Notes: a model not told the origin generated them from the letters alone. 64,000 nucleotides of DNA from an uncultured Alphaproteobacteria bacterium (GCA_963753275.1 CAVWCE010000026.1:971-64970), one strand, 5' to 3'. Shown: positions 30,986 to 40,841, counted from the first letter of the stretch. Made by a program: numbers and translations.

Positions 30986-31419
30986 ATGACCGCCTGGTAG
31001 TGGATGCGAGCGTCGCGACCAAGTGGCTGGTTCCGGAGGACGACAGCGAACGGGCAGAAATGCTCCTGACGAGCACGGCGCGGCTGCATGCTCCTGCTTT
31101 CCTTGCCATGGAAGTCGCGAACGCCCTGTGGCTGAAGATGCGGCACGGTGAGCTGGACGACGCGGAAGCGCGCGCAAGCCTGGAATATCTGCGGAAGATT
31201 CCATGGGCAGCATGGCAAGGCGAGGAACCGTTGCCGGAGACACTCAATCTCGCGAAGACCCTCGACCACGCCGTCTACGACTGCGCTTATCTCGCGCTGG
31301 CGATCCATCTCGATGCGATCTACGTGACCGCCGACCGGCGCTTCTGGCACAAGGTCCGGGCCAAGCCGGAACTCGCCGATCGCGTGCTGCGGCTCGAGGA
31401 TCTGGTGGCTCGGATCTGA
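30982..31419 (+). CDS. vapC: PIN-domain toxin (VapC family)
   Basis: MNDRLVVDASVATKWLVPE .. YDCAYLALAIHLDAIYVTADRRF. Confidence 0.8.
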   Translation: MNDRLVVDASVATKWLVPEDDSERAEMLLTSTARLHAPAFLAMEVANALWLKMRHGELDDAEARASLEYLRKIPWAAWQGEEPLPETLNLAKTLDHAVYDCAYLALAIHLDAIYVTADRRFWHKVRAKPELADRVLRLEDLVARI

Positions 31420-31432
31420 ACCGGGCGGCGCG

Positions 31433-32317
31433 TCAGCCCTCGCCAGCGCCGCCGGCGGGCTCGAGCTGGATCGTGGCGTGGTCGATGCCGTGGTCGCGCG
31501 CCAGCACCTCCTGGATCGCCTTCAGCACCCGGTCGTGGTCGGCGCCGGCGCGCAGCCGCGCGTGCATGGTGAGCAGCGGCCGCTCGCTGGTCAGCATCCA
31601 GGCATGGACGTGGTGGACGTCCTCAAGCTCGGGAATCGCCGCGGCCAGCGCCGCCCTAAGCTCGCCGACGTCGAGCCACTCGGGCGTGCCCTCGAGCAGG
31701 ATATGGCCCGATTTCTTGACCAGCACCCAGGCGCTCCGCAGGATCAGCAGCGCGACGAGGACCGAGAGCAGCGGGTCGATCGGCATCCAGCCGGTCGCGA
31801 CGATGACCAACGCGGCCACGATTGCCGCGACTGAGCCGAGCAGGTCGCCCAGCACGTGGAGCGCGGCGCCCTGGATGTTGAGGTTGGCCCGGTCGCCGCG
31901 GTGCAGGATCCAGAACGCCGCGAGGTTGACCAGCAGCCCGAGCACGGCGATCGCCAGCATCAGCCCGCCCAGCACCTCGACCGGCGCCAGCAGCCGGCGC
32001 GCCGCCTCGATGGCGATCCAGCCGACGATCGCGATCAGGGTCAGGCCGTTGACGAAGGCGGCGAGCACCTGGAAGCGGTGATAGCCGTAGGTGCGGCGCG
32101 CGTCGTGCGGCCGGCGGCCAATGCGGAACGCCATCCAGGCCAGCGCCAGCGATGCGCAGTCGGTCAGCATGTGGCCGGCATCGGCGAGCAGCGCAAGCGA
32201 GCCGGCGACGATGCCGCCCGCCACCTCCGCCAGCATGAAGCCGCCGGTCAGCAACATGGCGAGGAACACGCGGCGCTCGTTGTCGGCCGCGGCCTCCCCG
32301 TGCGCGTGATCGCGCAT
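31433..32317 (-). CDS. Cation diffusion facilitator family metal exporter (CzcD/ZitB-like)
   Basis: Intact 294 aa. SLALLADAGHMLTDCASL, YGYHRFQVLAAF, HVLGDLLGSVAAI. Confidence 0.9.
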   Translation of the reverse strand: MRDHAHGEAAADNERRVFLAMLLTGGFMLAEVAGGIVAGSLALLADAGHMLTDCASLALAWMAFRIGRRPHDARRTYGYHRFQVLAAFVNGLTLIAIVGWIAIEAARRLLAPVEVLGGLMLAIAVLGLLVNLAAFWILHRGDRANLNIQGAALHVLGDLLGSVAAIVAALVIVATGWMPIDPLLSVLVALLILRSAWVLVKKSGHILLEGTPEWLDVGELRAALAAAIPELEDVHHVHAWMLTSERPLLTMHARLRAGADHDRVLKAIQEVLARDHGIDHATIQLEPAGGAGEG

Positions 32318-32469
32318 GCGCAGGCTCAGGGCCGGCCTGCTGCGGCCGCAGCGCTCACCGGCTCAGGCGCGAAGACCAGGAATGGGAGCGCCATCATGCT
32401 GGCAGCCGGCGACACGCTCGGTGCCAGGTAACCCCCGCCGCGCGGCGCGGGAGGCCGCCCCTGATCGAG

Positions 32470-32676
32470 CTAGCGCGCCGCGCCGAGCGGCCGCTTGCGC
32501 GGCTTGATGCCGACCTCGGCGATGTCCTCGAGCTCAGCCAGGCGGCCCTGCTCGAGGCTCGCCGAGACGAAGCCCGGCGCCAGCACCTCGATGCGGCTGG
32601 CGCCGATCGCGCGCAGCCGCCCGACCACCTCGGCCTCGTCGTGCCCCGGCCGCGGCTCGGCCAGGACCGGGACCAC
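32470..32676 (-). CDS. Small ORF resembling the N-terminal pro-domain-like region of the adjacent S8 protease
   Basis: ..RIEVLAPGFVSASLEQGRLAELEDIAEVGIKPRKRPL parallels ..VEDLGGGFVSAQVAPRDVARLIADPAVRRVQSKKRSQP in the protease. GTG start. It may be a gene remnant. Confidence 0.35.
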   Translation of the reverse strand: MVPVLAEPRPGHDEAEVVGRLRAIGASRIEVLAPGFVSASLEQGRLAELEDIAEVGIKPRKRPLGAAR

Positions 32677-32805
32677 CTGACGGTCGCGCGCGTCCGAGCC
32701 GCCGCGCCGTCTGCTTCCTCAACAGCATGGCATCATCCTCGCAGCCGGCGCTCGTGCCGCCCTGGTTGCAGAACGCCCCGGGAGCGGACCGTTCCGGCGG
32801 CCGCA

Positions 32806-34583
32806 TCAGGCGACCGGGGCCAGCACCACGCCACGTCGAGCTTGCCGTAGCCGTAGCCCGGCGTCCAGGGCGCGCGGCCGGTGTGCGCATCGTGGCGCGC
32901 GCGCGCGGCGAGAATGTCGCGCGCCCGCGCCGTGGTCAAGGCCGGGTCGCGCTGCAGCATCAGCGCCAGCGCCCCGGCGACCACGGGTGCTGCCATGCTG
33001 GTGCCCTCGATGTGAGCAGGCGGTCGGCGACCCGGGCGCGCTCCGCCCAGCCCGCGAGCTCCGAACCGTCGGCGAGCGCCGCCGTGAGGTATTGCCCGGG
33101 CGCCGCGAGGTCGGGCTTCCAGCGGCCGTCGCGGGTCGGACCCCGGCTGCTGAACGGGCTGGCGCGCCCCGCCACCACCTGCCGGTCCTCCTGCGGGCCC
33201 TCGTCGCTCGCCCAGTCGCCCGGCTGACGTAGCTCGCGACCGCGAGGCAGCCGTCGCCGGTCGCCGGCAGGCCTACCGTGCGCGCGCTCTCGACCATCGG
33301 ATGGGCTGTGAACGCGGCAAAGCCGCTGTTGTTCATCCAGCCGTCGATACGGCCGATCTGCGCCCGGCGGCAGGTGAGGCGCAGCTGCCAGCCCGTGAGC
33401 AGGCGGTCGGCGATGAACGCGCCCTTGAAGCTCAGCGAGATCTGGACCTGGAGCGAGCGGCTCCAGGCATAGCGCCGCCGCGACAGCTCGAGGTCGAGGC
33501 TCGCCGACTGGTAGAAGTCGGTGTTGCCCGCGGTCGGCACCGGCACCGCCTGGCCGGACGGCGTGATGACCTCGATGTCGAACCGGTCGCGCTGGTCGTA
33601 CCACAAGGTCAGGACGGCGAACTGCCGCCCTCGCGTTGCCGCAGGACGTCGAAGCGGACGAGCTGGGACTCGCCGGCGACGAAGCGGTCGCCGATGTGGA
33701 TGCGGTCGCTGCGCTCGTTGCCGGCCGCGACCACGATCAGCTTGCCGGGGCCGACCAGCGTGCCGTGCAGCCGCTCCTCCTGGTCGGTGCCGTCGTGGGC
33801 GCCGAAGTGGTGCCCGAGGCTCATGTTGACCACGCAGGGTCGCGCCCCGGCCTTGCGGAAGATCCAGCTGACCGCCGCGTCGGTGTTGATGAAGTCGGTC
33901 TTGACCAGCAGAAAGCGCGCGCCGGGCGCCACCCCCTCGAAGGTCGCCACAGGCGCGAGCCGCCGGCGATGCTCGCGACATGGGTGCCGTGGCCGTTGTC
34001 GTCGCCCCCGGCCGGGCGGCGCGCGACCAGCCGTTCTCGAGCTGGGCCGTCGTGTACTCGCGGTCGCGGTTGGTCTGATCGAGCAGTCCCTCGACCCGGA
34101 GCGCGCCGTTCGCAGTCGCGGAACGCCGGGTGCGACAGATCGAAGCCGGTATCGACCACCCCGATCAAGCACGCCCGCGCCGTCCTCCGGAACGGTCCGC
34201 GTGCCGCTCGCGCGCAGGCCGATCTCCGGCAGCACGGCGGTCAGCGCGGCTGGCTGCGCTTCTTGCTCTGCACCCGGCGCACCGCCGGATCGGCGATCAG
34301 GCGCGCCACGTCGCGCGGCGCGACCTGCGCGGAGACGAAGCCGCCGCCGAGATCCTCGACCGCCTCGGCCGAGGCGGTCAGCAGGTTGCCGACGTGCTCC
34401 GGGTCGCTCGCCTCGATCAGGACCGCGGTGCGGGCCTCCTCGGGCGGCGCCTCGAGTCGCCGGGGTGGCGATCCCGGCGGCGCGCGCCGCGAGCGCCGGC
34501 CGCAGCCGCCGTTCGGCGCGGCCGACGAGCGAGGCGAGCGAGACCGATGCCTTCGGCGACAGCTTGAACGTCGACTTCTCCAT
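32806..34583 (-). pseudogene. Subtilisin-like S8 serine peptidase with no signal peptide; at least 7 frame breaks
   Basis: The catalytic triad contexts lie in different frames: IGVVDTGFDLSHPAF (Asp), DDNGHGTHVASIAGG (His), GTSMAAPVVAGALALM (Ser). Pieces are in ORFs 33609-34583, 34241-34600, 33821-34168, 32806-33981, 32960-33604 and 32733-32996. Confidence 0.8.
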
Positions 34584-34694
34584 CGCGCGGCGGTCCTCAT
34601 TCGCTCAGCAGTAGAGACCTACGCCATGGTACTTGCGCGATACGAGACAGGCAATCGATCGGCCAGGCAGGTCGACGGGCTCGGACTTGCGCCG

Positions 34695-35444
34695 CTACGG
34701 CCGGGCCAGGAGGCCGCCGTCGACGATCAGCTCGGTGCCGGTGATGTAGGCCGCCCGGTCCGAGAGCAGGAACAGGCAGGCCTCCGCCATGTCCTGCGGC
34801 GTGCCGACCCGGCCGAGCGGCACCGCGGAGGCGGTGCGGTGCTTCATCGCCGGCTCGGCCTGCCAGCGCGCCTGCATCGGGCTCTCGGTCGGCCCCGGCA
34901 GGACCACGTTGGAGCGGATCCCGTCGGCTGCGAACTGGATCGCGATCGACTTGGAGAGCGCCAGGATCCCGGCTTTCGCCACCTGATAGGCGTCCTGCGG
35001 CCGGTCGTCGCCGCGCAGGCACTGGATCGAGGAGACGTGCACAAACGCCCCGCCGCCGCTCGCCCTCATGTGGGGAATCGCATGGCGCGCGGTCAGCATG
35101 CAGCCGGTGAGGTTGATCGCGAGCACGCGATCCCAGACCGCGAGGTCGACCTCGGTCAGCGAGCGGTCCTGGCCGAACAGGAGGACGCCCGCCGCGTTGA
35201 CCAGGTAGTCGAGCCGCCCGTTGGCGGCGAAGGCGCGAGCGATCGCTTCGCCGACGAAGCGCTCGTCGCTGACGTCGCCCTGCTCGTAGAGCGCGTCCGC
35301 GAGCTCGACCGGGCGCTCCTTGAGGTCGATCCCGACGACCAGCGCACCCGCCTCCTGCAGGTCGAGCGCGACCTGCAGGCCCATGCCGCCGCCGGCGCCG
35401 GTCACCACCGCGGCCCTGCCGGCGAAGCCTTCCGCCCGGCGCAT
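34695..35444 (-). CDS. SDR-family oxidoreductase
   Basis: MRRAEGFAGRAAVVTGAGGGMGLQ (TGxxxGxG), YQVAKAG (YxxxK), NVVLPGP. This is the C-terminal part of ORF 34695-36809, 5 nt after the GS-like stop. Confidence 0.9.
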   Translation of the reverse strand: MRRAEGFAGRAAVVTGAGGGMGLQVALDLQEAGALVVGIDLKERPVELADALYEQGDVSDERFVGEAIARAFAANGRLDYLVNAAGVLLFGQDRSLTEVDLAVWDRVLAINLTGCMLTARHAIPHMRASGGGAFVHVSSIQCLRGDDRPQDAYQVAKAGILALSKSIAIQFAADGIRSNVVLPGPTESPMQARWQAEPAMKHRTASAVPLGRVGTPQDMAEACLFLLSDRAAYITGTELIVDGGLLARP

Positions 35445-35449
35445 CGCGC

Positions 35450-36809
35450 TCAGGCCCGCTCGAAGCCGCGGATCAGCTCGTGGTCGGTGATCCGGCGGTC
35501 GTACTCGAACTGCTCCCAGCGGGCGGCGTGCAGATAGTGCTCGACCACGGCGTCGCCGAACGCGGCGCGCATCGGCTCCGAGCGCTCGAGACAGTCGATC
35601 GCCTCGCGCAGCGTCTTCGGGATCTCCCGGATGTCCTTGCCCTTGTAGGCGTCGCCCGTGAAGGCGGGCTCGAGCTCGAGCTGCTCCTCGATGCCGTGCA
35701 GCCCGGCCGCGAGCAGCGCCGCGAAGGCGAGGTAGGGGTTGGCATCGGCGCCCGGGATCCGGCACTCGACCCGGAGCGAGGGCCCGGCGCCGACGACCCG
35801 GAAGCCGGCCGTGCGGTTGTCGCTGCTCCAGATCGCCTTGGTCGGCGCGAAGGAGCCGGCCTGGAAACGCTTGTAGGAGTTGATGTAGGGCGCGAGGAAC
35901 AGGGTGAGGTCGCGCGCCAGCGCGAGCTGCCCGGCCACGAACCGGGTGAACGTCGCCGAATGGCCGCCGGACCCGTCGGGGAACGCCGGCGCGCCATCGT
36001 CCGCATCGACCAGCGAGACGTGGACGTGGCAGCTGCTGCCGGCGAGGCCGAAGTCCCATTTCGCCATGAAGGTCACGGCCTTGCCCTGCAGGAAGGCGAT
36101 CTCCTTGACGCCGTTCTTGTAGATCGCGTGCCGGTCGGCCATCTCGAGCGCTTCGGCGTATTTGAGGTTGAGCTCGGCCTGACCCGGCCCCCACTCGCCC
36201 TTGGAGAACTCGACCGGGATGCCGGCGGCGTCCATGTCGTTCCTGATCTTGCGGATCAGGCCCTCCTCCTTGGTGGTCTGGAAGATGTGGTAGTCCTCGA
36301 TGTACCAGCCGGCGGTCTCGAGGCCCTTGTAGCTCTTCTTGCGCGCGACGCCGTAGGGCTCGTCGAAGACGTAGAACTCGAGCTCCGAGGCCATGTTGAC
36401 GGCGAAGCCCGCCGCGCGGGCGCGGGCGAGCTGGCGCTTGAGGATCGCGCGCGGGCTGTGCGGGACGTCCTCGCCATGGTGGTCGACCACGTCGCCCAGC
36501 ACCAGCGCCGTGCCCTCGAGCCAGGGGATCTTGCGCAGCGTCGCGAGGTCGGGCCGGATCGCGAAGTCGCCGTAGCCCTTGTCCCACGACGCCGCCGCGT
36601 AGCCCGGCACCGGCTCCATGTCCATGTCGAGCGCCAGCAGGTAGTCGCAGGCGTGCATCTCGTGCACCACCTGGTCGATGAAGTAGTGCCCGGTGACCCG
36701 CTTGCCGATCAGCCGCCCCTGCATGTCGGTGAAGCAGACCAGCACGGTATCGACCGCGCGCCGCGCGACCTCCTGCTTCAACTGCTCGAGATCCAGATTG
36801 CCGGCTCAT
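35450..36809 (-). CDS. Glutamine synthetase family protein (gamma-glutamyl-amine ligase, PuuA-like); one extra base at codon 3
   Basis: Intact body 35450-36781 (EFYVF, GEWGPGQAELNLKY, NSYKRF, DNRTAGFRV). The ATG at 36809 gives MSGNLDLEQLKQEV.. once one base near 36804 is removed. Confidence 0.85.
36696..36809. repeat. Left copy of a ~113-bp imperfect direct repeat (5' end of the GS-like gene)
   Basis: Aligns base for base with 38364-38476 (offset 1668). I count 5 substitutions and one extra base. Confidence 0.9.
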
Positions 36810-37258
36810 TGTTGCTACTCGCCGATTTAATGTCGAAATCGGAGTCCGGAGCGAAACGCCAGCGCGATCGATGCGAGGCCAGGCAAAGGCACCAACCGTG
36901 CCAAGCGCGATGGCGGCCGAGGTCGGCCTCCCACGTCTTCAGCTCCTCCTCAGTGTGAGCTCGGACCCGAGGATCTCGGACTTGCAGGCTGCGAAGGTTC
37001 TTGATCTCGAGCTTGGCCAGTTCGAGATGCAAGACGGGGATCATGAGGATAACCGAACCGATAAACCCCAACCAGTTCTTGACAGCCTTGATCGGGTCGA
37101 GAGCACCGAGGCCGACCACGGCAACGACGAGGGCGACTACGGCCGAAGCCGAGCTTGATCCACAGGCGGCGGATGAGGTCTGGCACGGCAGCGGGCTGCC
37201 GCCTACGCGCCGGGACGGCTGCGGCGAAACCAGCCGTACCGCTAAGCAGGGTCGTCAT
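36778..37258 (-). CDS. Possible small membrane protein inside the cassette; frame ambiguous
   Basis: ORF 36950-37258 (MTTLLSGTAGFAAAV..) and ORF 36778-37119 (..AVVALVVAVVGLGALDPIKAVKNWLGFIGSVILMIPVL..) may be one gene with a frame break. Two hydrophobic helices, weak ribosome-binding site. Confidence 0.3.
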
Positions 37259-37402
37259 CGCTCGTTCGAAAAGGCGGAGGTAGCGGCTCGTGCAGTGCTG
37301 TACGACGACCTCCGATCTCCCTCCTTCAAGGGAAGGGTCGTCTCCAGTGCCAAGGCGAGCCGTTGCAATACATTCGCAGTAACACGCTCGGTCAAAGTTT
37401 CC

Positions 37403-37822
37403 TCATCCAAGGCGATCGCTGGTGCGGGCCCCGCGTGTCGGGCGGGTCGCCGACTCGCCGATCGGCGCCAACTCTCGTGCGGACACGATCTGACCGTCCT
37501 TGTCGTAGACGATCACATCGAGGAATCCGCCGCAGCCCTCGACGAAGGACTTGATGTCGCCTACTTGGACCCGGTCCGAAAAGCCGTCGTCCAGATGTTT
37601 GAGATCATCGCTCGGATCGCCGAGCTTGCTGGCTAGCTCTTCATCCGACAGCCCGCTGGCCTCCCGCAGACGTCGCATCGCCCTGCCCAGCTCATGTACC
37701 CATCGGACCAATTCGCGCTCGCGGGTCTCGGCGCGTGCTTGACGGTCCTTTTCGTCTCGCGCGTCGCGGTGCCTCTTCTGATAAGCCCGGAACTTGTCAA
37801 GCGGGGGCCGTGCTTCGCTCAT
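37403..37822 (-). CDS. XRE-type helix-turn-helix protein (candidate antitoxin/regulator) with a basic N-terminal extension
   Basis: AMRRLREASGLSDEELASKLG..DDLKHLDDGFSDRVQVGDIKSFVEGCGGFLDVIVYD fits the XRE HTH pattern. Its ATG overlaps the upstream stop (ATGA). A GGAG motif lies 9 nt upstream. Confidence 0.6.
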   Translation of the reverse strand: MSEARPPLDKFRAYQKRHRDARDEKDRQARAETRERELVRWVHELGRAMRRLREASGLSDEELASKLGDPSDDLKHLDDGFSDRVQVGDIKSFVEGCGGFLDVIVYDKDGQIVSARELAPIGESATRPTRGARTSDRLG

Positions 37823-38229
37823 CAGTCGATCTCCGTGAGGTTCATGGTAGCAATACCATGAATTTGCCTCGCCCGTGCGATGGCCAGGGCCCTTTCGCCA
37901 CGCCTGGAACGAAGGGCCGTCGAGTACGCCATGATAGGAGTGATGATCCCCTTACCGTCGAGAGTGAACCAGACCGGAACCTTGCCGGAACCGATCAGCC
38001 GCCACTCCCACCGGTACAGATAGTGGCTCATGCCAAGTCGGCCCTCCTGGCTAGCATTAGGAAAAATTCTCTGATCGTCCTCCATGTCGAGCAAGCGGAA
38101 CTCCAGAAAGCTTCTCGGCCGGCCGCGTTCTAACCACGGGATTCTGTCCAGATCGCTCTCGAACTGCGAGGGCCAACCGGCCAGCTTGAGGCGTCCGCTG
38201 GGCGCGCTTCCTGGTTGCTGTTCAGCCAT
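37822..38229 (-). CDS. Hypothetical 135-aa protein, no family recognised (candidate toxin/effector partner)
   Basis: MAEQQPGSAPSGRLKLAGWPSQFESDLDRIPWLE..YLYRWEWRLIGSGKVPVWFTLDGKGIITPIMAYS.. Translationally coupled to the HTH gene. Confidence 0.5.
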   Translation of the reverse strand: MAEQQPGSAPSGRLKLAGWPSQFESDLDRIPWLERGRPRSFLEFRLLDMEDDQRIFPNASQEGRLGMSHYLYRWEWRLIGSGKVPVWFTLDGKGIITPIMAYSTALRSRRGERALAIARARQIHGIATMNLTEID

Positions 38230-38363
38230 CGAAACGCCGCAGCGTCGCGAAGGACGCCCGATATTCCGGCCAGGCCGTTCGGCCGCGGCGGCGTTCCGAC
38301 TCCTTGTGCAGATCCTCGGGCGCGAAATCCTCCTCAGGCAAGCAGACATGGATCCGGGCCAGA

Positions 38364-38476
38364 ACCCGTTTGCCGATCAGCCGCCCCTGCATGTCGGTGA
38401 AGCAGACCAGCACGGTGTCGACCGCGCGCCGCGCGACCTCCTGCTTCAGCTGCTCGAGATCCAGGTTGCCGCCCAT
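38364..38476 (-). pseudogene. Right copy of the direct repeat: an orphan 5' end (first ~38 codons) of the GS-like gene
   Basis: MGGNLDLEQLKQEVARRAVDTVLVCFTDMQGRLIGKRV, followed by unrelated sequence (ORF 38222-38494). Confidence 0.85.
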
Positions 38477-38667
38477 GGCGCCGCCGTCCCGCATTGGCTC
38501 GATGTCGAATTCGCGTGCGCCAGCCTAGAGGAGTTGGCGCCGGGCGAGAAGACGCGCGCGCACGAGGCCGCAGTCTGCGCGCGCGCCGGGACCCCGGCTG
38601 TGCTATTATCGCGATGCTGCAACCAAAGAAATTCAATCTGCGGTCCCCATGCGACAGGAGGCGGGAT

Positions 38668-39673
38668 ATGCCGACCCCATTCAGCGTGATGACCTGGAAC
38701 GTCGAGAACCTGTTCCGCCCGGCGGCGCGACGCCGAGCGCCGAATCGAGGAGCGCTACGGACGCAAGCTCGCGCTGCTGGGCGCCGTCATCGCCGCGATC
38801 GACCCGGACGTCGTGGCCCTGCAGGAGGTCGGCGGCGACGCGCCGCTCTCGGACCTGCAGCAGGCGCTCGAGGGCCGCTATCCGCATCGGCGGGCATCGA
38901 CGTCGCCGGACGGGCGCGGCATCGGCGTCGCGTTCCTCTCCAAGCTCGCGATCGCGGACCAGGACGAGCTGGTCGACTTCCCGCCCGGCCCGGCGCTCGA
39001 CATTCACGACCTCGACGCCGACGGCAGGGCGGTCCCGGTCACGCGCATGGGGCGCGGCGCGCTCCGGATCCGGGTGACCAAGGACGGGATCACGGTCGAC
39101 GTCCTGACCGCTCACCTGAAGTCCAAGCTCCTGAGCTACCGGAGGCAGGGCGGCCGGACGAGCTTCGTGCCGCGCGACGAGGGCGAGCGCGCGCAGGTCG
39201 CCGGGATCGCCCTGATGCGGCGCACCGCCGAGGCGATCACGCTCCGGCAGCACGCCAATCAGCTGCTGGAGGGCAACCCGACCACGCCCTTGGTCGTGCT
39301 GGGCGACCTGAACGACGTGCCCGAGGCGGCCACCAGCCAGATCCTGACCGGCCCGCCCGGCAGCGAGCCCCGGACCCCCGGCTTCGATCGCGCCGACCTC
39401 GGCGACGACGCCCGTCTGTTCAACCTCGCTCCGCTGATCGATCCCGCGCAGCGCTTCTCGCGCGTGCACAGGGGCGTCGGCGAGCTGCTCGACCAGATCC
39501 TGGCCTCGGAGGAGCTGTTTCCGCGCCAGGCCAACGGCCGGCGCAGCCTGCCCGAGGTCCGCAGCCACACCGAGTTCGCCGGCGGCCTCGCCTCGGTTAC
39601 CGAGGACCCGAACCTGCGCCGCGACGACGTCGCCCCGGACCACGCGCCGGTCAGCGCCGCCTTCGAACTCTGA
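38668..39673 (+). pseudogene. Endonuclease/exonuclease/phosphatase (EEP) family protein; one net +1 frame break near 38715-38735
   Basis: MPTPFSVMTWNVENLFRP, then in the +1 frame ..AERRIEERYGRKLALLGAVIAAIDPDVVALQEVGG .. VVLGDLNDVPE .. DHAPVSAAFEL (ORF 38813-39673). Confidence 0.8.
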
Positions 39674-39764
39674 GGGCGGGCCGCGCGCCGCAGCGCGCCG
39701 GCCTCGCTCACGAGCGCAAGGCAATCCCTGCCTGGCCCGCGACCCCGAACCGTGGCGAGCGGCG

Positions 39765-40841
39765 TCAGGCCCCCTTGTAGCGATAGGGCGGACCGGCGGC
39801 CTCCATCGTCGCGAGGTAGTCCTTGAGGATCTGCACGACCTTGGCGCTCCTCGGGCTCTGCTCGGCGATCTCGTCCCAGAACTCGAGCGCGGCGCGTTCG
39901 ACCACCGCCCACTCCTCTTCCGGGATCGTGGTCAGCTCGAGCTTGCCGCCCTTGGTGCGGTACTGCGCCTCGCCCCACCAGTACCAGTGCTGGCGGTAGT
40001 AGTGCGAGCTGTCCATGGACAGCCGGAACAGCGTCTTGAGATGCTCGGGCAGCGCGTTCCACTTCTCGGTGTTGGCGAAGTAGGAGCCCGCCCAGGCGCC
40101 GGAGATCGGGTTGGTGAGATAGTAGCTGGTCACGTCGGCCCAGCCGACCGTGTAGTCCTCGGTGATGCCGGACCAGCAGACGCCATCGAGCTCGCCGGTC
40201 TGCACGGCCACCTCGACGTCCTCGTAGGGCAGCGCCACCGGCACCACGCCGAAGCGCTGCATGAACCGGCCGCCGGTCGGGAAGGTGTAGACCCGGAGCC
40301 CGTTGAGGTCCTCGAGCTTGCGGAGCGGCTTGGTGGTCGCGAAGTTGCAGGGGTCCCAGGCGCCGGTGCTCAGCCAGGTGACGCCTTCCACCTCGGCGTA
40401 GGCCTCCTCCCAGATCTCCTTCAGCCCGTACCAGTTCCACAGCACCGGCACGTCCAGGCTGTAGCGTGAGGCGAAGGGGAAGTAGGCGGCGAACACCGCG
40501 ACGTCGACCGGCGCCGCCATCGAGTCGTCGTCGCTCTGCGCCGCGTCGATGGTGCCGGTCTGGACCGCCCGGAACAGCTCGCCCTGGGGCACGAGCTGGT
40601 CGGCGGTGTAGAGCTCGATCACCATCTCGCCGTTGGCCGCGGTGTTGAACGCGTCGATCGAGGGCTTGATGACGTGCTCGGCCAGAGCGGCGCCGGCATA
40701 GGTCTGCAGCCGCCACCGGATCGGGCTTTGCGCCCTCGCGATGTACGGCGCGCCGATCGCCGTGGCCGCCGCGGCCGAAGCCGTGGTCGCTCCTGCTGTC
40801 TTCAGAAAGTCGCGCTTGTTGATCCTGCCGGGCCGGTTCAT
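39765..40841 (-). CDS. TRAP transporter solute receptor (DctP family) with a Tat leader
   Basis: Intact 358 aa. MNRPGRINKRDFLKTAGATTASAAA, with family text throughout. Confidence 0.9.
   Translation of the reverse strand: MNRPGRINKRDFLKTAGATTASAAAATAIGAPYIARAQSPIRWRLQTYAGAALAEHVIKPSIDAFNTAANGEMVIELYTADQLVPQGELFRAVQTGTIDAAQSDDDSMAAPVDVAVFAAYFPFASRYSLDVPVLWNWYGLKEIWEEAYAEVEGVTWLSTGAWDPCNFATTKPLRKLEDLNGLRVYTFPTGGRFMQRFGVVPVALPYEDVEVAVQTGELDGVCWSGITEDYTVGWADVTSYYLTNPISGAWAGSYFANTEKWNALPEHLKTLFRLSMDSSHYYRQHWYWWGEAQYRTKGGKLELTTIPEEEWAVVERAALEFWDEIAEQSPRSAKVVQILKDYLATMEAAGPPYRYKGA

Noticed and set aside
34695-36809. 704-aa ORF that looks like a glutamine synthetase-SDR fusion or a giant novel protein
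   Set aside because: Its first about 450 codons are an out-of-frame read through the GS-like gene (Arg/Gly/Ala-rich nonsense typical of high-GC shadow frames). Only the last 249 codons (SDR, from the ATG at 35444) carry family motifs. The real GS frame is ORF 35450-36781.
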